Shown one piece after another: positions 29,607-36,465 of a DNA stretch of 64,000 nucleotides. Within the stretch, counting starts at the first letter, position 1, and each line of letters opens with the position of its first letter. The notes below the pieces were generated by a model that was given only the letters and a program-made list of their open reading frames with translations, made no database searches and was not told where the DNA came from. The DNA lies in the NCBI GenBank assembly GCA_963768625.1, contig CAVYIK010000003.1:518715-582714 (forward strand). The letters run 5' to 3'. This DNA comes from an uncultured bacterium. Its GTDB lineage: Bacteria > Patescibacteriota > Minisyncoccia > UBA6257 > 2-01-FULL-56-20. The position numbers and the translations under genes are program-made.

Positions 29607-29631
29607 CGCCGCTCAGATTTGGTGCTATACT
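29603..29631 (+). promoter_or_regulatory. putative promoter for secE-nusG-rpsR
   Basis: TTGACG-17 nt-TATACT with a TGc extended -10. It overlaps the gyrB stop codon. Confidence 0.5.
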
Positions 29632-29693
29632 CCCAATACCTCCGAATGCCGCGAGTATAGCGGTATTTTATTTATCGGAGTATAGTAATAACC

Positions 29694-29882
29694 ATGTTTG
29701 CGCGCATAAAAAATTTCTTTGCGGAGTCGCGGCAGGAACTGCGGCATGTGAACTGGCCGACGCGTCAGGAAGCGACACGGCTCACGTCGATCGTGATCGG
29801 ACTCTCCCTCGCGATCGCGCTCTTCTTGGGTTTCTTCGACTACCTCTTTACCAATATCATTAAATCGTTGGTCATCCACTAA
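29694..29882 (+). CDS. secE: preprotein translocase subunit SecE
   Basis: 62 aa. FFAESRQELRHVNWPTRQEA followed by a single TM helix, located just upstream of nusG. Confidence 0.8.
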   Translation: MFARIKNFFAESRQELRHVNWPTRQEATRLTSIVIGLSLAIALFLGFFDYLFTNIIKSLVIH

Positions 29883-29886
29883 TATC

Positions 29887-30459
29887 ATGGCGCTTCATCC
29901 ATCCCGCCCAGGCACGCACAGCGAAAAACCGCAACTGCGGCAGTGGTATGCTGTCCAAACCTATTCCGGCTATGAAGAAGCCGTCGCGCGGTATTTGAAG
30001 CAGCGCGTGGAATCGCTTGAGATGGGCGACAAGATTTTCAATATTCTGGTGCCGAAGGAAAAAACGGTGAGGGTGAAGGGCGGCAAGCGCCAGACCATTG
30101 AGGAGAAGATCTATCCGGGTTACGTGCTCGTTGAGATGGTCCTCACGGAGGATTCGTGGTACGTGGTGCGGAACACGCCGCGCGTGACCGGTTTCGTCGG
30201 CCCCGACAACACGACGCCGACACCGCTTTCAAAGGAAGAAGTGGACACACTCTTGGCGCGCTCGACACGGGACGAGGGCAAAGTGGTGCTTGACCTCAAG
30301 GTGGGCGATTTGGTAAAAATAACCGACGGCCCGTTCAAGGAGTGCGACGGGAAGATCGCCGAAGTGAATGAAGAGCGGGGAAGCGTCAAGGTGCTCGTGC
30401 CGATCTTCGGCCGCGACACCACCGTCGAACTCGATGCGCTCCAGGTAAAAAAGATATAA
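29887..30459 (+). CDS. nusG: transcription termination/antitermination factor NusG
   Basis: WYAVQTYSGYE (NGN) and the KOW motif VGDLVKITDGPFKECDGKIAEV. Confidence 0.95.
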   Translation: MALHPSRPGTHSEKPQLRQWYAVQTYSGYEEAVARYLKQRVESLEMGDKIFNILVPKEKTVRVKGGKRQTIEEKIYPGYVLVEMVLTEDSWYVVRNTPRVTGFVGPDNTTPTPLSKEEVDTLLARSTRDEGKVVLDLKVGDLVKITDGPFKECDGKIAEVNEERGSVKVLVPIFGRDTTVELDALQVKKI

Positions 30460-30465
30460 AACACC

Positions 30466-30669
30466 ATGCCCCAACAGTGCTTTTTCTGCTCGCAGAACCT
30501 AAAGAACGTTGATTACAAGGAGATAGATCTCTTGAAGCGTTTTGTTTCCTCGCAGGCGAAGATCATTGACCCCCGCCACACCGGCATCTGCGCGAAGCAC
30601 CAGCGGAAGCTCGCGCAGGCGATCAAACGCGCCCGCTACATGGGCCTTCTCGCGTTCGTCCGGAAGTAA
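30466..30669 (+). CDS. rpsR: 30S ribosomal protein S18
   Basis: VDYKEIDLLKRFVSSQAKIIDPRHTGICAKHQRKLAQAIKRARYMGLL is the S18 signature. Confidence 0.9.
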   Translation: MPQQCFFCSQNLKNVDYKEIDLLKRFVSSQAKIIDPRHTGICAKHQRKLAQAIKRARYMGLLAFVRK

Positions 30670-31202
30670 TGTCCTCTTTTAACCAGGTCGTTTTCCAATT
30701 TATCCATCATTTTGCCGGGCGGAGCGCTCTCCTCGACGGCTTCGGCATTTTTTTGGCCGAGTATCTGCCGTACCTCATGGTCGCGGCGTTTTTAGTGCTC
30801 GTGGCATATGAAAGCGGCTGGCGGAAAAAACTGTATGTATTTGCCGAGGGGGCGATCGCCGTCATGCTTGCGCGCGGCTTGGTAACGGAGATCATCCGCC
30901 TTTTTTATCATCACGAACGGCCCTTTTCCTTTTATTCTTTCACGCCGCTCATCCCCGAGGCGGGATGGTCCTTCCCGTCGGGGCACATGGCGTGGTTTTT
31001 CGCCCTCTCGCTTGTTGTCTGGTACGTGAACCGGAAATGGGGATGGTGGTCCTTCGGGCTCACCGCCGTAATGGGCATCGCACGCGTGTTCGTCGGCGTG
31101 CACTGGCCGCTTGATATCATAAGCGGCGCCGTCGTGGGGCTCGCTTCAGCGTGGTTCGTGCACTGGCTTTTGAAAAGCAGCAGGGAGAAGTTGTACTTAT
31201 AA
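30669..31202 (+). CDS. PAP2-family phosphatase (undecaprenyl-diphosphatase-like)
   Basis: SFPSGHMAW and ARVFVGVHWPLDIISG (PAP2 motifs C2/C3). Multi-TM. Confidence 0.8.
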   Translation: MSSFNQVVFQFIHHFAGRSALLDGFGIFLAEYLPYLMVAAFLVLVAYESGWRKKLYVFAEGAIAVMLARGLVTEIIRLFYHHERPFSFYSFTPLIPEAGWSFPSGHMAWFFALSLVVWYVNRKWGWWSFGLTAVMGIARVFVGVHWPLDIISGAVVGLASAWFVHWLLKSSREKLYL

Positions 31203-32282
31203 TTCTTTCCCCACTGCGTCGCTTACGTGCGCATAGCCGTCGTGCGCAAGAAGTGCGACAAGCCCTTTATTGATCTTTTTTACCACTGCCGGCCCGCCGT
31301 AGATGAGTCCGGTGATTATCTGCACGAGTGATGCGCCAGCTTTTATCTTTTCATAGGCGTCTTCCGCGGTGAAGACGCCACCAAGGCCCACGATCGTGTA
31401 TTTGCCTTTTGTTGCGCGGTAAATGTGGCGGATAATATTTGTGGAAAGTTCGCGGACCGGCTTTCCGGAGATGCCGCCTTCCGGAATGGCGCTAAGGCGT
31501 TCCCGCGATGATTTTAAATTAAGCATGTCGCGGCGCTTTGAAAGGTTCCCGACGACAAAGCCGTCCACGAACGGATATTTTTTGACGACTGCAAGAATGG
31601 CGTCCACTTCCTTTTCGGTGAGGTGGGTGGAAATCTTGAGAAGCACGGGGCACACTTTTTTCTCTTTTGTGATCGCCTTGAGGAGCCCGTCCAGCAGTTT
31701 CGGGTCCTGGAACATGCAGCCGTCCTGCGCGTTCGGGCAGGAGACGTTCAGGGTCACATACGCGAAGTATTTCCCGAGCATGCGGTAGGTCGCGGCATAG
31801 TCTTCAACCGACTTCTCTCCTTTAATGTCCGCGCGGTTGGTTTTTGCGATATTGATACCCGCAGGGATCGCAAAGTGCAGGCGCTGTAATTTTTTCTCTA
31901 TCGCCTCCGCGCCGATGTTCTTCAGCCCGTAATAAACGATGAGGGATTTGTCGGCTGGGAGGCGCGCGAGTCGCAGGCCCTTATTGCCTTCGTAGGGGTA
32001 GTGCGTTATTGCGCCGACCTCCATGAAGCCGAATCCGACGGACGGCATGATCTCCGTAAGCCGCACGTCTTTGTCAAAGCCGGCGGCGAGGCCGATGGGG
32101 TTTTTGAAATCAATACCCATTACGCGCGTGTGAAGTGCGGGGTGGTCGTATTCGCAGAAAATGCCCGTGAGCCACCTTGTGAGCGAAAATCTCCCCAGTA
32201 TTTCTCCGGACCAGACGAAGAAATCGTGGATGCGTTCCGGGTCGAAGCAGAAAAGGATCGGCCTCAAGAAATATTCATACAT
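31197..32282 (-). CDS. pyrD: dihydroorotate dehydrogenase (quinone), class 2
   Basis: Start trimmed to MYEYFLRPILFCFDPERIHDF. Contains GLAAGFDK, NVSCPN, GGISG and GGVFTAEDAYEKIKAGASLVQI. Confidence 0.9.
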   Translation of the reverse strand: MYEYFLRPILFCFDPERIHDFFVWSGEILGRFSLTRWLTGIFCEYDHPALHTRVMGIDFKNPIGLAAGFDKDVRLTEIMPSVGFGFMEVGAITHYPYEGNKGLRLARLPADKSLIVYYGLKNIGAEAIEKKLQRLHFAIPAGINIAKTNRADIKGEKSVEDYAATYRMLGKYFAYVTLNVSCPNAQDGCMFQDPKLLDGLLKAITKEKKVCPVLLKISTHLTEKEVDAILAVVKKYPFVDGFVVGNLSKRRDMLNLKSSRERLSAIPEGGISGKPVRELSTNIIRHIYRATKGKYTIVGLGGVFTAEDAYEKIKAGASLVQIITGLIYGGPAVVKKINKGLVALLAHDGYAHVSDAVGKEL

Positions 32283-32349
32283 AGTTTTGTTACTCCCATT
32301 ATACTCTGAAGGCGTAAAAAAGAGGCCCCGTTCGGTTCGGGGCCTTTGC

Positions 32350-32742
32350 TTAGAGTCTCGTGAACAGGAAAAAGATTCCGGTAATCGACATGCCGATGTA
32401 CAGGGGTATGGTGAAGAGCCCGAGCCAGCCATGATAGCGCCATTTCGTCCCGTTGCCCCAGCGTGAGGCGAGGAGCGCCGACGCCGCGGATAAGGGGAGG
32501 GCGAACGACAGATGTACGTAAAAAAGGGCATCGTGCATCGGGTTTCCGCTGAATCGGATACCTCCCTCGATGAGGGCCACGAAGGCAATCAACGAAAAGA
32601 GAAACCGCAGCGCGTTCTTTCGGTGGGCATACCATCCGGCCGCCAAGCCCCGTTGGTGGAAACGTCCGGACTGGATGGTGTCTACATACCAGATCGTGAG
32701 TATCATCCAGACGATAGACAGAAAAAACTTATATTCGAGCAT
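32350..32742 (-). CDS. hypothetical four-TM membrane protein
   Basis: 130 aa and hydrophobic, with conserved His residues. It lies next to cydAB on the opposite strand. Confidence 0.45.
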   Translation of the reverse strand: MLEYKFFLSIVWMILTIWYVDTIQSGRFHQRGLAAGWYAHRKNALRFLFSLIAFVALIEGGIRFSGNPMHDALFYVHLSFALPLSAASALLASRWGNGTKWRYHGWLGLFTIPLYIGMSITGIFFLFTRL

Positions 32743-32832
32743 TCGGCGTGCTCCTTATTTACCGTCGTGTTACTGAGAGCCATTCTACTGGCCGCTGCCC
32801 CCGCCGTCAATTATCGGGTTATAATTATTTGC

Positions 32833-34113
32833 ATGGATATCGTGGCGTTCGGAAGGGCGTTTCTTGGGATGACGATGGCATTTCACATTTTTTTCGCGCT
32901 TTTCGGCGTGGGGATCCCGCTCATGATCTCACTCGCCGAACTTACGAGCATTCTGAAGAAGGATGCCGCGTTCACGGCGATGGCGCGGCGCTGGACGTTC
33001 GCGATGGTGACCCTTTTTGTGGCAGGCGCCATTTCCGGAACCATCATTGCGGTGGTCTTCGCCGTGCTCCTGCCGCCGTTCATGGCGTTCATAAGCAAAG
33101 TGGTCATTCTGCCGTTCTATATGGAAACCTTCGCGTTCTTTATTGAAGCGATCTTCCTCGGGATATATGCGTACACATGGGATACATTCAAGAGCCGCTG
33201 GACGCACTGGCTCACGTCACTGCCTATCGTCGTAGGGTCGCTCGCTTCGGCGTTCTTCATCACGACCGTGAACGCGTTCATGACCGCGCCGCAGGGATTC
33301 ACGTATCAAAACGGCGCGATTTCGAACGTAGACCAGTGGAAGGCAATGTGGAACGCGGCTGTTCCCACGCGCACGGGCCACTCCATCCTTTCCTACTATG
33401 CGACGACGGCGTTCGTCTTTGCGGCGGTCGCGGCAGCGCAATTTCTTTGGGGCAAAAAGAATGCGGCGGACGAGGCCGGACAGCGCTCTCACCGTAAAAT
33501 GATGGCATTCTCACTCTTGCTCGCCTTTACATTTTCTATCGCGGTGGTCGCAACAGGGGACAGCGCGTCGCGCTATGTCGCAAGTAACGAGCCGGAGAAA
33601 TTCGCCGCGGCGGAGGCCGTGATGCACACGGGAGCGAACGCCCCGCTCATAATTGGTGGCATCGCGGTTCCGGATGCATTAAGTTTTCTCGTCGGTGGGA
33701 CGGCGGGAACGTTGGTGAAGGGTCTTGATGCCTTTGATCCGACGACCTGGCCGCCGCTCATCATTCATTATTTCTTTGACGGGATGGTCGTGATCGGCAT
33801 CCTCATGGCGCTCGTCCCCATCCTCTTTTTCGTCTCGTGGCGCTACCATCCGAAGCGCATATTCCACGGCGTTCTTATGTGGCTCGTTTTTGTAACGGGC
33901 ATTCTTTCTATAATCGCCGTCGAACTCGGCTGGATGCTCACGGAGATTGGCAGGCAGCCGTACGTGGTCCAGGGGATCATGCTTACAAAAGACGCCTTCA
34001 CCAATTCTCCAGCGGTCATCGCGTACGCAGTGGCATTCCCGATATTTTACGTGGTGCTCGCGGTCGTCACGGGATGGATCCTCAAAACCCATTACGGGAA
34101 AGACCATGATTGA
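32833..34113 (+). CDS. cydA: cytochrome bd-type quinol oxidase subunit I
   Basis: Start trimmed to MDIVAFGRAFLGMTMAFHIFFALFGVGIPL. C-terminal GWMLTEIGRQPYVVQG is the CydA signature. Confidence 0.9.
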   Translation: MDIVAFGRAFLGMTMAFHIFFALFGVGIPLMISLAELTSILKKDAAFTAMARRWTFAMVTLFVAGAISGTIIAVVFAVLLPPFMAFISKVVILPFYMETFAFFIEAIFLGIYAYTWDTFKSRWTHWLTSLPIVVGSLASAFFITTVNAFMTAPQGFTYQNGAISNVDQWKAMWNAAVPTRTGHSILSYYATTAFVFAAVAAAQFLWGKKNAADEAGQRSHRKMMAFSLLLAFTFSIAVVATGDSASRYVASNEPEKFAAAEAVMHTGANAPLIIGGIAVPDALSFLVGGTAGTLVKGLDAFDPTTWPPLIIHYFFDGMVVIGILMALVPILFFVSWRYHPKRIFHGVLMWLVFVTGILSIIAVELGWMLTEIGRQPYVVQGIMLTKDAFTNSPAVIAYAVAFPIFYVVLAVVTGWILKTHYGKDHD

Positions 34114-35056
34114 GTATCTCGCCGCCATCCTTCCTCTCATTTCGCTTTTTATTTACGCCGTCCTTTTGTCGATTGAGTGCGGGACCGCGATCTTCGTGAA
34201 CGTTCCGGCATTATTGGGGGACGAAGAGCTGATCCGTGCCTATATCAATCCTGTATGGGAGACCACGAATGTGTTTCTTGTATTCGCATTCGTTTCGGTC
34301 ATTGCATTCTTCCCTGGCGCGCTCCCCGTATGGGGGCACTCGCTCGTCGTCCCATTCTTCTTCTTCCTCGCATGCATGGGGCTGCGCGTGATCGGCATGC
34401 TTTATGTTTTTTATAAAGGAGGAAAAAGCCGCGCGATGAAATTATTGTTCCTCGTTGCCGCTCTCGCGGCACCCGCGGTGCTCGCGGGCGGTGTTCTGCC
34501 GTATCTTCTGACCGGGAACATGCCCTATGGTCCCATGGAGTGGATCCTCGCGGCCGACTGCGCGGTGCTCGCAGTATTCTTCCTGCTTTTTATCTCGTCT
34601 TCTTTCTTTGCCTATCTCGCAGACCGCAAGGGGTTGCGCGCGGCCACGCACCTGCGTTCGTCCGCGGTCGTCTCGTTCCTCTTCTTCGTCGCCGCGCTTG
34701 CGTTTTCCTTCCCTATCGTCGGATCTGCGGTACCACACCTCATCCAAAGCATGCTCGCGTACCTCCCGGCATTCTGCGCGGTTATCATCCTTGAATTCAT
34801 CATTATGGTCCTCGCGGAAGGGCGAAAAGGGGACGCAGCGCGCTTTTGGTCCGGTATCGTATTCTTCGGCTTCATATTCTTCGGCGTGGCCTTTTCGGAG
34901 CTGCCGTATCTTATCTATCCGTCCATCACCATCTACAACACGTTCGCTGATCCCGGGGCCGCGACTGCCATGCTCGGCGTCTTCGTCGTGGGCGCGCTCA
35001 TCACGTTGCCCGCGCTCGCGCTGCTCTATTACCTTTTTGCATATAAGAAAAATTAA
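34106..35056 (+). CDS. cydB: cytochrome bd-type quinol oxidase subunit II
   Basis: ATGA-coupled to cydA. Polytopic 316 aa, starting MIEYLAAILPLISLFIY. Confidence 0.8.
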   Translation: MIEYLAAILPLISLFIYAVLLSIECGTAIFVNVPALLGDEELIRAYINPVWETTNVFLVFAFVSVIAFFPGALPVWGHSLVVPFFFFLACMGLRVIGMLYVFYKGGKSRAMKLLFLVAALAAPAVLAGGVLPYLLTGNMPYGPMEWILAADCAVLAVFFLLFISSSFFAYLADRKGLRAATHLRSSAVVSFLFFVAALAFSFPIVGSAVPHLIQSMLAYLPAFCAVIILEFIIMVLAEGRKGDAARFWSGIVFFGFIFFGVAFSELPYLIYPSITIYNTFADPGAATAMLGVFVVGALITLPALALLYYLFAYKKN

Positions 35057-35068
35057 CGGCGCCCCCGT

Positions 35069-35572
35069 ATGGTCGTAGACGTAATCACTCTCATCGTCCT
35101 ACTTGCCACGGCCTATCTTCTCATCCGGCCCATCGTGCGCGGGGCGATATTTTTCCCTTCAAGCGTCCGCAACGTGGAGGTCATGATGAACGTGGCGTCG
35201 CTCCGTCGGGGCGACCGGATCGCCGACCTCGGTTCGGGCGACGGCCGCATCCTGATCGCCTGCGCCCAACAAGGGATACGCGCGGAAGGATATGAGATCA
35301 ATCCAATCCTCGTTTTCCTCTCGCGCCGGGCGATCCGGAAGGCCCGCGTGGAACATCTCGCCGCGGTCCACTGGAAAAGTTTCTGGCGCGTCGACCTCGC
35401 GCCTTTTGACACCGTATTCGTATACGGCATGGACCATATCATGGGCGGCCTTCAGAAAAAGCTTGAGCACGAGCTGCGGCTCGGAACGAAGGTCATCGCC
35501 AACGTTTTCCCGTTCCCCGGATGGACGCCCGCGGCCCAGCGCGGGAACGTATATCTTTATGAAAGAAGCTGA
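35069..35572 (+). CDS. class I SAM-dependent methyltransferase with N-terminal TM helix
   Basis: IADLGSGDGRILIACAQQG is SAM-binding motif I. Confidence 0.7.
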   Translation: MVVDVITLIVLLATAYLLIRPIVRGAIFFPSSVRNVEVMMNVASLRRGDRIADLGSGDGRILIACAQQGIRAEGYEINPILVFLSRRAIRKARVEHLAAVHWKSFWRVDLAPFDTVFVYGMDHIMGGLQKKLEHELRLGTKVIANVFPFPGWTPAAQRGNVYLYERS

Positions 35573-35875
35573 CTACTTTATCTCAACGACGATGTTGTAG
35601 GAGTCGGTCGTTCCGATATTTTCCGCTTCATGATCTACAGCGGGAGCCCAGAATATATCGCCCGCCCTGAATTTTTTCTCTTTCCACTTGCCACCCGGAG
35701 ATCTTAACTTCAGTTGCGCATCATTTACCACGTAGACCACGCGGTCGGGATGATGGTGTAGCTTCGCGACCCCGCCGACTTTAACGATGCTCCTTAAGAC
35801 CCTCACCTTCTCGTTCTCTAAAACCAGCGTATAGATATGAGGGGCTACAACAATGGGATCGGTTGGGGCATTCAT
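35573..35875 (-). CDS. cupin domain protein
   Basis: 100 aa. HHHPDRVVYVV ... WAPAVDHEAEN is a two-motif cupin-like pattern. Confidence 0.65.
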   Translation of the reverse strand: MNAPTDPIVVAPHIYTLVLENEKVRVLRSIVKVGGVAKLHHHPDRVVYVVNDAQLKLRSPGGKWKEKKFRAGDIFWAPAVDHEAENIGTTDSYNIVVEIK

Positions 35876-35899
35876 GTTTTAAACGTTAACATATCCGTT

Positions 35900-36179
35900 T
35901 GCGGTCGTTTTTGGATAAAATCCGAACTTATTTCAGCAGTATATCGTAGTCCGCTACCCCTTCAAATACCCCTTCAAATTGCCTGCGACGAATTGAAGGG
36001 GTAGCGGATCGAGATTGACCTGCAAACGTTGGCCTTTCCGAGCATCGCCCGACAAAATCCAAACTCCTACTTCACTCCGCTAGACCCCCTCCGAAATGGT
36101 GTGCTCAGCCCCTCAGCCGCTCGCTATCGCTCGGGCTTCGGGGCTTCGCGTATGGCGCGCCCAAATTCCTCCCCCACAA
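35900..36179. repeat. inverted repeat A, left copy (280 bp)
   Basis: Reverse complement of 39232..39500. Identical by eye except for one indel patch (33 nt here versus 22 nt in the right copy, around 36111-36143). Confidence 0.95.
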
Positions 36180-36465
36180 CCCCTCCTTTGGGGCGCGCTA
36201 AGAGGTGGTAACTCCACGTTTTGCGACCTTATTCCTGTCTGTAGGGTTAATTCCGCGTCTTTTAGTGCCTGACCTCATCAAGAAAACCGTTTCTTGTCCT
36301 TGCCCCAGCCATCCCATTGCGCGGGCAAAAGGCTATAAAACTCCCAATAAATCAGGCCATATCTATCTTCCTCACGAGTTATCCACAGGGGAGCACTTTA
36401 CAAGAATTGAATAGTAGTCTAGGATCATACTATCAGCTAACAAACTATCAACCAATATATAAAAC

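Noticed and set aside
36379-36387. Perfect DnaA-box 9-mers (TTATCCACA) here and at 58217..58225, close to parAB/gyrB-type genes, which hinted at a replication origin.
   Set aside because: There are only two isolated copies, 22 kb apart. Roughly one chance hit is expected in 128 kb of two-strand sequence. There is no cluster, no AT-rich unwinding element, and no dnaA or dnaN in view.
36029-36414. ORFs 36029..36211 and 36205..36414 between the left inverted repeat and the 907-aa gene.
   Set aside because: The first lies wholly inside the repeat, and its mirror copy is not an ORF in the track. Both are Pro/Arg/Ser-rich with no start context. This is more likely non-coding repeat or leader sequence.
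36407-36433. Candidate promoter TTGAAT-15 nt-TACTAT upstream of the 907-aa gene.
   Set aside because: The spacer length and hexamers are weak, and several equally poor alternatives exist. There is also no obvious Shine-Dalgarno. It is left unannotated pending transcript data.
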